This document shows positions 26,950 to 36,804 of a stretch of 64,000 bases of DNA, in pieces. Within the stretch, counting starts at the first letter, position 1. Every line of letters begins with the position of its first letter. Origin of the DNA: Alphaproteobacteria bacterium (lineage in GTDB: Bacteria > Pseudomonadota > Alphaproteobacteria > Bin95); assembly GCA_963665325.3 (NCBI GenBank), contig OZ224045.1, positions 704,001 through 768,000 on the forward strand, in the 5' to 3' direction. The notes beneath the pieces were generated by a model. The model had not been told where the DNA came from. It saw only the letters and a program-made list of their open reading frames with translations, and made no database searches. The translations under genes were made by a program, and so were the position numbers.

Positions 26950-27763
26950 GCGCGGCGGCGGCCTCCCGCGTCGCACGCTGTCCGTCCGCAACAGCCTCGG
27001 CCAGCGAACCGGCGCGGCGAACGGCACCCGCCGTAAAGACGCCCTCCCCCTCCAGCGCGGTCACAGGCTCCAGGCCGATGAAGACGAACACGCCCGAGAC
27101 CTCCAGCCGCCGCCCGTCGGCGAGCGTCACACCATCGACGCCGCTCTCTCCGTCGATGGACGCCACCTCGCTGTTCCAATGGAAGCTGAACTTCGGGTCG
27201 GCCGCCGCCCGTGCGCCATAGCCCGGCCGCGCCGAAAGCCGGCTGCCCCTCACGACCATCGCAATCGAGCGCGCGTAGCCCGCAAGGTGCAGCGCCTCCT
27301 GCAACGCCGCATCGCCCCCGCCTACTACCGCCACATCGGCATCCCTGAAGAACCCGGCGTCGCAGAAGGCGCATTGCGACACCCCCCGCCCGGTCAGCGC
27401 TTCCTCGCCCGGCACGTCCAGCCGGCGGAGCCGGGCGCCGGTCGCCGCCACGACCGCCTTCACCCGGTAGCGTCCGCCGCCGGCCGTCTCGACCATCCGC
27501 CGCCGGCCCTGCGCGCGGACGGCCTCCACATGCTCATCGAGGAAACGCACACCGGCTTCCGCCAGCCGGTCCTTCCAGCCGAAAGCCAATTCCGCGCCGC
27601 CGACAGACGCAGGCCAGCCGTCGAGCGCACCCACATTGGCGACGAGCCCGCCATAGAGCCCGGACTCGAACAGCGCGACCGCGAGCCCCTGCGAAACCGC
27701 CTCGTCCGCCGCCGCGAGTCCCGCCACCCCGCCGCCGACCACCGCCAGATCGAGCGGCCTCAT
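26939..27763 (-). CDS. Thioredoxin reductase-like FAD/NAD(P)H oxidoreductase
   Basis: VVGGGVAG, ATGA, GRGVSQCAFCD (CxxC), VVGGGDAA and GVFVFIG motifs; start overlaps the upstream stop. Confidence 0.9.
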   Translation of the reverse strand: MRPLDLAVVGGGVAGLAAADEAVSQGLAVALFESGLYGGLVANVGALDGWPASVGGAELAFGWKDRLAEAGVRFLDEHVEAVRAQGRRRMVETAGGGRYRVKAVVAATGARLRRLDVPGEEALTGRGVSQCAFCDAGFFRDADVAVVGGGDAALQEALHLAGYARSIAMVVRGSRLSARPGYGARAAADPKFSFHWNSEVASIDGESGVDGVTLADGRRLEVSGVFVFIGLEPVTALEGEGVFTAGAVRRAGSLAEAVADGQRATREAAAALRR

Positions 27764-28905
27764 GCGCCGATTTCCCTGACGATGCAGCAGGGCGGGAAAC
27801 CCCAGGACGGGAACCAGGCGCATTGCGGGATCGGGATGTCGCCGCCCGCCACGATCAGCACGATGTCTTCCGGCCGCGCGACAGCGGGCACCGCATCCTG
27901 CCCCGCCGTCCACTCCGGCCAGCGCTCGACGCCGATGAGACGCGTGCGCAGCCAGAGCTTGTCAAAATCGGCGCGCGGCATCCGTCCCCGCCGCCAGAGC
28001 GCCTCCTTCACGTCCGCCTTCGACCAGCCCTGACTTGCCAGCTCCTGCGCGACAAAAGGCGCCATCACGACCGCCGCCTTGCCCTCCCAGGCCATGTTGA
28101 AGGACGAGGCGGCGGAGCCCATCACGCTCGCAAGATCGTCCAGCCCGCCGGTCACATTGATCGCCGTCTCCGCCCGCATCATCGCCAACACATTCTCGCC
28201 GCCCAGTTCCTCATGCAGCGGCTCCCAGGGGTTGGCCGCGGCGTTCTCGGCCAGCACCATGGTATAGCGCCCCGGCTGGCCGAGCCCGGCGAAGGATACG
28301 GCCTCCGGCCAGCCGCCGCCGATATTGTTCATCACGAACCTGACCGCGCGCCCGATGGCGGCATTGGCCTGCCAGCCCGGCCCCAGCATTCCGAAGCCGG
28401 CATTCACCTCCAGCCGTTCGACGACCGGCCCGCTCAGCAGGATGAGCGGCGCCACATTCTCATCCGTGGTCTGCACACCCCGCAGGTTGAAGGCGGGGTC
28501 GGCCAGCGCCTCCACGGCAGCCAGAACCACCGGGAAATGCTCCGGCGCGCAGCCCGCCATGACGGCATTGGCGGCCACGCGCTCGACCGTCGCCACGCCC
28601 TTCAGCGGATCGAGCTCGCCCAGGCTTTCGTTGCGCCCGCGCCCGCCGGCGCGCAGCATGGCGTCCACCCGGTCGAGCGTCGGCGGCAGGATGGGCAGGC
28701 CATCGGTCCAGCCGCGCCGGTAGTAAAGCGCGCTCGCGTCGCCGTCCCGCAACACCTCCACCCGCTGACGGGGGAAACGCCCGGCCTCCGTCAGCCGGGC
28801 GGTCATGCCCTTCTCGCGCGCCCTCTGGACGAGGGTGTCATCGATCCACGCCCCGTTCGCCCGCTGGCCCGCAGGTATCAGCAGCCAGAGCGCCTCTCCG
28901 CTCAT
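27760..28905 (-). CDS. Uncharacterised paralog of the C-terminal domain of the UGSC selenoprotein
   Basis: Shares GWTDGLP.LPPT, TV..VAANAVMAGC.PE..PV.LA and QAN..IGR with 29743-31143; C-terminal PPCC. Confidence 0.8.
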   Translation of the reverse strand: MSGEALWLLIPAGQRANGAWIDDTLVQRAREKGMTARLTEAGRFPRQRVEVLRDGDASALYYRRGWTDGLPILPPTLDRVDAMLRAGGRGRNESLGELDPLKGVATVERVAANAVMAGCAPEHFPVVLAAVEALADPAFNLRGVQTTDENVAPLILLSGPVVERLEVNAGFGMLGPGWQANAAIGRAVRFVMNNIGGGWPEAVSFAGLGQPGRYTMVLAENAAANPWEPLHEELGGENVLAMMRAETAINVTGGLDDLASVMGSAASSFNMAWEGKAAVVMAPFVAQELASQGWSKADVKEALWRRGRMPRADFDKLWLRTRLIGVERWPEWTAGQDAVPAVARPEDIVLIVAGGDIPIPQCAWFPSWGFPPCCIVREIGA

Positions 28906-28954
28906 GTCGTCATTCCTCTACGGGCTGCCTCCGCTTCTGCTTCCGGACCGAGGA

Positions 28955-29338
28955 TCAGAGAACTCGCGCGACATCTGTCCGCACAAAGTCCGTTCCAACG
29001 TGCAGCAAGGGGCAATCATGTGTCTTCGCGATCTCATAAGCGAAGCAGTCGCCGAAGTTCAGACTGGCCGGATGAACGCCTTTACCCCATTGCGCATAGC
29101 AGTCGGCGACACGCCGTGCCACAGCCGGAGAGACGCTGATAATCTCAAACTCGAGCCCATCGACAAGCTCTGCCATTTCCTCGCCGAGACCTCGCCTTTC
29201 GGCCACGATGAGCGCTTCAGCTACCGTTACGGCAGAAATCAGGAGACGGTCGTTCGCCGCGAGAGCATCCGTACAGGCGGCAGCCTCCGGCTCACCCTGC
29301 AGAATCGCCATGAGCGCGGACGTATCGACCGCGATCAA
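28955..29338 (-). CDS. VapC PIN-domain toxin
   Basis: IAVDTSAL, LNFGDCFAY and LLHVGTDF motifs. Confidence 0.93.
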   Translation of the reverse strand: MIAVDTSALMAILQGEPEAAACTDALAANDRLLISAVTVAEALIVAERRGLGEEMAELVDGLEFEIISVSPAVARRVADCYAQWGKGVHPASLNFGDCFAYEIAKTHDCPLLHVGTDFVRTDVARVL

Positions 29339-29661
29339 TTCGGCAATCCGTCCTCGTCATAGAGGAAGTCCTGACTGCGGGCCGCATCGGAGTCTGTGGC
29401 CCGTTCGCCTGCTTCCCCGAGTTCGTAAAGCGTGCGTAGCGGTTCGCCGCGAACTTTGGAAAGTTCAGCCATCCGCTTGCGAGCGGCAGCCTGCACCGCA
29501 GCAATCACGGCGCGCCGTTTATCTGCATCGGGCCGTCGCCGCACGGGAGCCAGCCTGACGGTCGCCTGACCGTGACGAGTCAGCACAACCTCTTCGCCCG
29601 CCTCTGCGCGGCGTACGAGTTCGGTCAATTGCCCCTTCGCCTCGGTGACGGAAACCCGCAT
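29335..29661 (-). CDS. Phd/YefM-family antitoxin
   Basis: MRVSVTEAKGQLTELVRRAEAGEEVVLTRHG; C-terminal FLYDEDGLP. Confidence 0.9.
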   Translation of the reverse strand: MRVSVTEAKGQLTELVRRAEAGEEVVLTRHGQATVRLAPVRRRPDADKRRAVIAAVQAAARKRMAELSKVRGEPLRTLYELGEAGERATDSDAARSQDFLYDEDGLPN

Positions 29662-29699
29662 CGGCCTGCTTCCCAGAACGCATACCGGCTCAGCCGGAT

Positions 29700-29715
29700 T
29701 ATGGTCCATACCATA
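29700..29715. promoter_or_regulatory. Putative TA operator palindrome
   Basis: TATGGT-CCAT-ACCATA upstream of the antitoxin. Confidence 0.5.
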
Positions 29716-29742
29716 GTCCGTTTCAGGGACAAGAGCAAATCT

Positions 29743-31467
29743 TCAGCCAGCAGCCGCCAGTCTGGCCTCCCAGTCCGCCGGCAGCTCGATCTCCCGGGTC
29801 ACGGGGAAGCCGAGAATGCCGTTGTGCGAGAACACATAGGCATTGGTGCGCAGCGGGTCGCCCGCCACCGCAATCCCGAAATCGTCGGGCTCGCATACGA
29901 TGGGCACCATCCGGTCCGGGTCGTCCGATTCGGCGAAGACCTCGGGCGCCTTGCCGAGCGCCACGAGCTCCGTCAGCGAGCGGTGGCCGGGCACCAGGTT
30001 GGTCCAGCCCGAGATATATTGCTCGAACTTCCGGGCCGGCATCCGCGCATGCTCGTACAACCAGTCGCGCATGTCGTCCTTGGAGAGCCCCGAACCCGCG
30101 ATGGTCTCGGCCAGGATCGGCGAGAGCACCAGCAGCGGGCGGTAGGTGCCGGTCGCCATGCCGACGGTGAACACCAGCTCCCAGCCGGACTGCTTGACCA
30201 GCGCATCCGCGAGATAGGGCAGCATCTCTTCCGCCCGGCGCCCGAAAACGGAAGTGATGACATCGCCGCCGGTATAGCGGGAGATTGTGACGGCGTTCGC
30301 CCCTTCCGGCAGGCCCATGTCGGCCGCCGTGTTCGGCCAGCCGATGCGCCTGAGCACATCCTCGTTCTCGGCAAGCGCCACCCGCCAGGTATTGCCGAAT
30401 GTACCCTTGTCCGTCTCATGCGGGATGAAGCCCGCGACATTGCGCAGGTAGAGCCGCCAGAAGCGCCCGATGGAGGTGTTGGCCTGGAAACCGTCCCTGA
30501 GCGCACCCTGCTCGCAGTTGAAATCGAGCGCCTTCGCGATCGGGCCGTTGACCGTAATCAGCGTTTCCGCCCCCGGCGTGTTGCCGGAATGCTCGACGCC
30601 GTATTCCGGGTCGGCCATCGCCTCGGCGAGCGCCACCAGCACCGGCATGTATTCCGGCCGGCAGCCGGCCATGACGCCGTTCGCCGCCACATTCCAGACT
30701 GTCGATGCCCGGTTGTCGGGCGGGACCTTGCCGAGCACCGTGTCGCCCGGCCGGTCCGAGAAGGCGAGGAACCGCTCGATCTTCTCCACCGAAGGCGGCA
30801 CCACCGGCAGCCCGTCGGACCAGCGGTTCTCGTAGAAGAGGCGGTTCACCTCCTCGAAGCTTCCCTCGAACACGATGTCGCGCGCCTCGGGTTCGACCGT
30901 CTCTACCGCCTCGACCGGCGGCTCGGTCAGGTTCGCGATGACAGCGTCCAGCGTCTCGCCCAGCACATTGGAGCGGAGCTCGTTATCGGTTTGCGTATCG
31001 ACATGGCCGGCCACCGGCGCCAGCGGCAGGTTTGGCATCCCCAGCCCCACAGCCGTGGTGCCCGCCTGGCCGACAAAGCCCTCGCAGACCAGCGATGAGG
31101 ACGGCACGCCCGCCGCTTCGGCCACTGCGCTCACCCGCAACACGGCGGGAGTGCAGGAGCCTCAGCAGCCCATCCCGGAGATGATGGCGTCGGCCTTGAG
31201 TTCCTTCAGCCGGTCCGGCAGCGAGGCGATGATCTCGCGCTCCTCGTCGCCGTGGGTCGAGCCGAAGACGTCATAGCCGATGAAATCGACGCCGGGATAG
31301 CGCTCGGACAGCCCGTCCGCCAGCATCGGGAAGATCTCGTCGCCCCGGAACAGGTAGTCCCAGAGAAAGGCGACGCGCTTGCCCTCCAGGTTATCGAGGC
31401 GCGGCGCCAGCGCCTGCAGCGCCTGCGCCTTCTCGCCCCGGGGCCAGACGACGGCATAGTCGGCCAT
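29743..31467 (-). CDS. UGSC-family selenoprotein, ~574 aa, Sec at TGA 31162-31164 (C-U-G-S-C)
   Basis: Minus strand reads ATG GGC TGC TGA GGC TCC TGC ACT CCC GCC GTG, joining both ORFs in frame. GGAGAAGGA RBS precedes 31467 and none precedes GTG 31143. A hairpin follows the TGA and selAB are nearby. Confidence 0.9.
31125..31161 (-). promoter_or_regulatory. Putative bacterial SECIS element
   Basis: After UGA: GGCUC-CUGC-A-CUC-CCGC-CGUGUU-GCGG-GU-GAG-C-GCAG. The apical loop starts ~18 nt after UGA, with G at loop position 2. Confidence 0.65.
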
Positions 31468-31546
31468 GGGTTCCTTCTCCCGCTTGAATTGCAGTCGCGG
31501 CGAGGCTGCGACCGGGGGCCTCCCGCGTCAAGGGGCGCGGGATGTC

Positions 31547-32542
31547 CTACGCGAATGGCAGCAGCACGATCGAACCTGTGGTGCGCCGTTCTTCCAGCGC
31601 GCGGTGGACCTCGGCCGCCTCTCGCAGCGGATAACGGTTGCGGACGGTGGCAGGCACCGCGCCCGACGACATGACGTCGAACAGCTCCTTCGCCGAAGCG
31701 ACCAGATCCTCGCGCTTCTCCATGTAGTGCATGATCGCCGGGCGGGTGACGAACAGCGAGCCGCGCGCGCCCAGCTCCACGACATCGACCGGGTCCGGCG
31801 CGCCCGAGGCATGGCCGTAGCACGCCAGCATGCCGAGCGGGCGCAGGCAGTCGAGCGAGCGGGTGAAGGTGTCCTTGCCGATGCTCTCATAGACCACCGG
31901 GCAGCCCTTGCCTTCGGTCACCTCCATCACCAGCGGCACGAAATCCTCGCGTGAATAGATCGCGACATGGTCGGCGCCGTGTGCCTTCGCCAGTTCCGCC
32001 TTTTCGTCGGTAGAGACCGTGCCGATCACGGTCGCGCCCAGATGCTTCGCCCACTGGCAGAGGATCAGCCCCATGCCGCCGGCCGCTGCATGGATCAGCA
32101 CCGGGTCGCCCGGCTGCACCCGGTAGGTCCGGCGCAGGAGATACTGGGCGGTGAGGCCCTTGAGCGTCATGCCGGCAGCGTCTTCGTCGGAGATGCTGTC
32201 GGGCAGCTTCACCAGCCGTTTGGCCGGCATTACCCGGCGCTGCGCATAGGCGCCGTGCGGCGGGCTGGCATAGGTCACCCGGTCGCCGACCGCGCATTCG
32301 GTCACGCCGTCGCCGACGGCCTCCACCGTGCCCGCGCCCTCGATGCCCACAACCATGGGCAGCGGCGGCACCGGCCAGGGGTGCGGCATGCCGCGCCGGT
32401 TGTAGGTATCGATATAGTTCACCCCGACGGCGCCGTGCCGGATCAGCGCCTCGCCCGGCCCCGGCTCGCCCACCGGCCAGTCCTCCCAGCGGAAAACGTC
32501 CGGCGTGCCCTTTTCGTGGATGACAGCGGCTTTGTTGCTCAT
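31547..32542 (-). CDS. qor: NADPH:quinone oxidoreductase (zeta-crystallin/MDR family)
   Basis: [22 protein letters not shown] and TTGSIVL motifs. Confidence 0.9.
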   Translation of the reverse strand: MSNKAAVIHEKGTPDVFRWEDWPVGEPGPGEALIRHGAVGVNYIDTYNRRGMPHPWPVPPLPMVVGIEGAGTVEAVGDGVTECAVGDRVTYASPPHGAYAQRRVMPAKRLVKLPDSISDEDAAGMTLKGLTAQYLLRRTYRVQPGDPVLIHAAAGGMGLILCQWAKHLGATVIGTVSTDEKAELAKAHGADHVAIYSREDFVPLVMEVTEGKGCPVVYESIGKDTFTRSLDCLRPLGMLACYGHASGAPDPVDVVELGARGSLFVTRPAIMHYMEKREDLVASAKELFDVMSSGAVPATVRNRYPLREAAEVHRALEERRTTGSIVLLPFA

Positions 32543-32573
32543 GGCTTTCCCCGGTGGTTCGTTCTGCGCTTCG

Positions 32574-32978
32574 TCAAGCCTGCGCCTCGATGGCCTCCAT
32601 GTCCTCGTCGGAGAGGCCAAAATGGTGGCCGATCTCGTGGACCAGCACATGACGCACGATATGCATCAGGTCCTCGCCCGTCTCGCACCAGTAGTCGAGG
32701 ATCGGGCGGCGGTAGAGGAACACATAGTCCACATCCTCCGCACCCGCCGACACGCTCTTTTGGTCGATCGAGACGCCGCGATAGAGGCCCAGCAGGTCGA
32801 ACGGGCTCTCCAGCTCCATCTCGCGCTCGGTTTCCTCGTCCGGGAACTCGTCCACCCGGAAGACGATGTCGGCCGTCAGCCGGAGAAACGATTCCGGCAG
32901 TTCCGCATAGGCGGCCTCGGCCCAGGCGGCCAGCTCGTCGAGGCTCGGCGGATGGACAGGCGCGGTTCTCTCAGGCAT
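32574..32978 (-). CDS. Zincin-like minimal metallopeptidase
   Basis: LLGLYRG, LYRRPI and [11 protein letters not shown] motifs. Confidence 0.9.
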   Translation of the reverse strand: MPERTAPVHPPSLDELAAWAEAAYAELPESFLRLTADIVFRVDEFPDEETEREMELESPFDLLGLYRGVSIDQKSVSAGAEDVDYVFLYRRPILDYWCETGEDLMHIVRHVLVHEIGHHFGLSDEDMEAIEAQA

Positions 32979-33020
32979 CGTCGGGCAGCAGAGGGCACAC
33001 GGGTTCGGGAGGCGCGGATC

Positions 33021-33320
33021 ATGGCCGAAAAGCTCACCGGTAGCGAGCGCCGCGAGGCGCTGGCCGCGCTTGAAGGCTGGAGCGAGGTCGAGGGCCGGGA
33101 CGCCATCCAGCGCAGTTTCCAGTTCGAGGACTTCACCGCCGCTTTCGCCTTCATGGCGCGCTGCGCGCTCGCCGCCGAGCGCATGGACCACCACCCCGAA
33201 TGGTTCAACGTCTACAACCGCGTCGAAGTCACCCTGGCCACCCACAGCGCCGGCGGCGTGACGGAACTGGATGTGCAGCTGGCGACGTTCATGAACGGGG
33301 CTGCCGGGGCCGGCGCCTAG
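33021..33320 (+). CDS. phhB: Pterin-4-alpha-carbinolamine dehydratase
   Basis: [13 protein letters not shown] and [11 protein letters not shown] motifs. Confidence 0.93.
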   Translation: MAEKLTGSERREALAALEGWSEVEGRDAIQRSFQFEDFTAAFAFMARCALAAERMDHHPEWFNVYNRVEVTLATHSAGGVTELDVQLATFMNGAAGAGA

Positions 33321-33561
33321 GACGACGGGCGACGGTTGCGGCTACGCCAGCGACGAATCCCGGCGAGCCGGACGACAGGGCCACGGCGGGGAACGGTAAT
33401 GCAATTCGGAACTATCCGGCTCACAGTACCCGCTTGTCATTGGGTTTTTGCCCGAGCGGAATTCGACGATGGACCATTCCATTCGCGATAGATACCGTCC
33501 TCCGGAGGAAGCGTCGGCTGATCGCAGATGCCTCCGGTCCTTTAACTGGGGAGACAACCGT

Positions 33562-34875
33562 ATGAAGAAGACCGAGCAGCACCTGCCTGCCCGAACGCCC
33601 GCCAGCGTGACGCGGCGCGATTTCGTGAAGAAGTCCACCACTGCCATCGGCGCCGTCGTTGCAGCGGGGGCATTTCTCGGCGGCAAGGCGCCGGCTTATG
33701 CCCAGAGCCGCAAGCTGCACTACCTGCAATGGAGCAGCTTCATCCCCGATGCCGACACGGAGATCAGGCGCCAGGCCGAGGAGTTCACCAAGGCCACCGG
33801 CGTCGAAGTCACCGTCGAGATGATCAACCAGAACGACATGACCCCGCGTATCACGGCGGCCATCGAGAGCGGCCAGGGCGCGGATGTGGTGTTGATGATC
33901 AACAACCAGCCGCACCTGTTCGCCAACGGTCTGTCCGACCATGGCAGCCTGATGGGAGAACTGGCTGGCGGCGACCTCTACGATTGGGCGAACGGAGCGG
34001 TGACGGTGGACGGCGTGGCCCGCGCGGTGCCGCTCTTCAACATCGGCAACGCCATCGTCTATCGCAAGGACGTCTTCGATGAACTCGGCCTGACCGCGCC
34101 CAATAGCTGGGCCGATTACCTCGCCGTCGGCAAGGCCCTGAAAGGCGCCAACCTGCCGGTAGGCCAGACCCTGGGCCACACCTTCGGCGACGCCCCGTCC
34201 TTCGCCTATCCGCTGCTGTGGAGCTTCGGTGGCATGGAGGTGGACGAGTCGGGCAAGGTCGTCGTCGACTCCCCTGAGACGCACCAGGCGCTTGAGTTCT
34301 GCAAGGAGTTCTGGGATGCGGCCTGCGATCCGGGCGGGCTTGCCTGGGACGACACCAGCAACAACCGCGCGTTCCTCGGCCAGACCATCGGGGCGACTCT
34401 GAACGGCGCCAGCATCTACTTCGTGGCGCGGCGCAAGTTCCCGGACCTGGCGGACAAGCTGGCCCATGTCAACAATCCGGAAGGCCCGGGCGGGCGCTAC
34501 CATGTCATCGGTCCGCGCAGTCCCGCGATCATGGGCTATTCCGAGGAGAAGGACGCCGCGGCCGACTTTGTCCGCTTCCTGTTCCAGGAGGACAATTTCA
34601 GCCAGTTCATTTCGGTGAACAGCGGCTATGTGCAGGGCCTGACGTCGAAGTGGGAAAGCCATCCGGTGTGGAGTTCCGACCCGGCGCTGGGAATCTTCAG
34701 CACCAACGCCAAATACGGGCGCAGCTACGGCCATGCCGGTCCGTGGAACCGCGCCTCCGGCGAAGCGGCGGAAAAATACATCGTCGTTGACATGTTCGCC
34801 CGCGCCGTGCAGGGCGAAGATCCCAAGGCGATCGCCGCCTGGGCACAGAAAGAACTGGTGAATGTCTACGGCTAA
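33562..34875 (+). CDS. Carbohydrate ABC transporter substrate-binding protein with Tat signal
   Basis: TRRDFVK twin-arginine motif; YRKD; WDDTSNNRAF. Confidence 0.9.
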   Translation: MKKTEQHLPARTPASVTRRDFVKKSTTAIGAVVAAGAFLGGKAPAYAQSRKLHYLQWSSFIPDADTEIRRQAEEFTKATGVEVTVEMINQNDMTPRITAAIESGQGADVVLMINNQPHLFANGLSDHGSLMGELAGGDLYDWANGAVTVDGVARAVPLFNIGNAIVYRKDVFDELGLTAPNSWADYLAVGKALKGANLPVGQTLGHTFGDAPSFAYPLLWSFGGMEVDESGKVVVDSPETHQALEFCKEFWDAACDPGGLAWDDTSNNRAFLGQTIGATLNGASIYFVARRKFPDLADKLAHVNNPEGPGGRYHVIGPRSPAIMGYSEEKDAAADFVRFLFQEDNFSQFISVNSGYVQGLTSKWESHPVWSSDPALGIFSTNAKYGRSYGHAGPWNRASGEAAEKYIVVDMFARAVQGEDPKAIAAWAQKELVNVYG

Positions 34876-34975
34876 ACTGCCGTCGGCGTGATCGACCTGC
34901 GGCGGCCCCGGCCGCCGCAGGTTTTCTATCGCGTCCAAGCCTGTCCGCTTCCCGCAACGATCTGTCCTTACCGCG

Positions 34976-35947
34976 ATGCAAACGCAGCAATCGACATCCG
35001 CGCCTTCCCTCAGGGAGAAAATTGCTACCGCCCTGGAAGATCAGCGCGTGCTCGGCTACGTCCTTATGACGCCGGCCCTGCTGCTGATTCTGATTTTCAT
35101 CGCCTACCCCTTTGTGCTGGGCGTGTGGATGTCGCTCACCGATAAGATCGTCGGCACCCCGGGGGTGTTCATCGGGCTCGGTAATTACGACAAGCTGTTC
35201 GCCAGCGATATCTTCCTTACCGCCGCCTGGAACACCGTGTTCTTCACCACGGTCGCGACAGTCTTCAAGGCCGTTCTGGGCATGTGGCTGGCGGTGTTGC
35301 TGAACCGCAAGTTCCGCTTTGCGAATATTACCCGGGCCACCGTATTGCTGCCCTTTATCGTACCCACCGTGCTCAGCACGCTGGCCTGGCTGTGGATGTT
35401 CGACGCCACATTCAGCGTGTTCAACTGGACCCTGCGTTGGCTATGGCAGGTGGATATCAGTATTTTCGGGCTGGTCCTGAAAGAGAACTGGGGATTCTTC
35501 CGCGGTCCGCTGTGGCTGGGCGACCCGGGCATGGCCATGACCTCGGTGATTCTCGTCAATGTCTGGCGCGGCTTGCCGTTTTTCGCCATCTCCTTCCTTG
35601 CCGCCCTGCAAACCATTCCGCCGGACCTTTACGATGCAGCCGACATCGACGGCGCCACCGGCTGGAAAAAGTTCTGGCATGTGACATTGCCGCTGATCAA
35701 GCCGGTGGCGATTGTGGTGATCGTCTTTTCCATTGTCGTCACCTTCGCCGATTTCCAGCTGGTCTATATCCTGACGCGCGGTGGGCCCAACAACGAAACC
35801 CACCTGCTTGCCACGCTGGCCTACCAGCTGGGCATGGGTTCGGGGAATATCGGGCAGGGCGCGGCGGTGGCCCTGTTCATGCTGCCCTTACTGGCGGTCG
35901 TTATTATCTTCCAGCTTTGGTATTTGCGCCGCGAGGGAGTGCGATAA
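34976..35947 (+). CDS. Carbohydrate ABC transporter permease
   Basis: LYDAADIDGA (EAA loop) and LTRGGP. Confidence 0.93.
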   Translation: MQTQQSTSAPSLREKIATALEDQRVLGYVLMTPALLLILIFIAYPFVLGVWMSLTDKIVGTPGVFIGLGNYDKLFASDIFLTAAWNTVFFTTVATVFKAVLGMWLAVLLNRKFRFANITRATVLLPFIVPTVLSTLAWLWMFDATFSVFNWTLRWLWQVDISIFGLVLKENWGFFRGPLWLGDPGMAMTSVILVNVWRGLPFFAISFLAALQTIPPDLYDAADIDGATGWKKFWHVTLPLIKPVAIVVIVFSIVVTFADFQLVYILTRGGPNNETHLLATLAYQLGMGSGNIGQGAAVALFMLPLLAVVIIFQLWYLRREGVR

Positions 35948-35949
35948 CC

Positions 35950-36798
35950 ATGAATGCCATGGTAGGCGAGACCTATTTCCGGCGCTTGCTGGTCTTCTAC
36001 ATCCCGCTGTTCCTGTTCGTGTTCGTGATGCTGTTCCCGTTCTTCTGGATGCTCATCACATCCCTCAAGACCGATGCCGAACTTTACAATCCGCGCCTGT
36101 CCCCGTTCATCGTGCGGGAGCCCACGCTGGAGCATTGGGAAAACCTCTTCGGCACCACCCTGTTCGTCGAGTGGGCAATCAACACGCTCTGGGTAGCGAT
36201 CGCTTCCACCGCCGTGTCGCTGTTTGCCGGGGTACTTGCCGGTTACGCCATGTCGCGCCTGGTGTTCAGGGGCTCGACGATGTTCGGCATCATGATCTTC
36301 ATCACTTACCTGGTACCGCCGACCCTGTTGTTCATCCCGCTCACCGGCGTCGTGACATGGATGGGGCTGCAGGACACAACCTTGTCGCTGATCTTCACTT
36401 ATCCCACCTTCCTGGTGCCCTTCTGCACCTGGTTGTTGATGGGGTATTTCCAGACCATTCCCAAGGAACTGGAGGAATGCGCGCGCATCGACGGCGCAAC
36501 GCGCCTGCAGGCGATGTTAAAGATAGTTATCCCGTTGGCGATACCCGGCATCCTGTCGGCCGGCATTTTCGCCTTCACCCTGTCCTGGAACGAATTCCTG
36601 TATGCGCTGGTCTTCATTCACTCGCCGGAAACCAAGACCATCCCGGTCGGCGTGACCAGCGAACTGATCAAGGGCGATGTGTTCTTCTGGGGCTCCCTGA
36701 TGGCCGGCGCCCTGCTCGGCTCGGTACCCGTTGCCATCGTGTATTCGTTTTTTGTCGAGCACTACGTGTCCGGTATGACCGGCGCGGTGAAGGGGTAA
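35950..36798 (+). CDS. Carbohydrate ABC transporter permease
   Basis: ELEECARIDGA, SWNEFLYA and GAVKG. Confidence 0.93.
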   Translation: MNAMVGETYFRRLLVFYIPLFLFVFVMLFPFFWMLITSLKTDAELYNPRLSPFIVREPTLEHWENLFGTTLFVEWAINTLWVAIASTAVSLFAGVLAGYAMSRLVFRGSTMFGIMIFITYLVPPTLLFIPLTGVVTWMGLQDTTLSLIFTYPTFLVPFCTWLLMGYFQTIPKELEECARIDGATRLQAMLKIVIPLAIPGILSAGIFAFTLSWNEFLYALVFIHSPETKTIPVGVTSELIKGDVFFWGSLMAGALLGSVPVAIVYSFFVEHYVSGMTGAVKG

Positions 36799-36804
36799 AC
36801 GCAA

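Noticed and set aside
29743-31467. Two separate genes or a nonsense pseudogene
   Set aside because: The TGA sits in a UxxC motif with a downstream hairpin, the second ORF lacks an RBS, and selAB are present.
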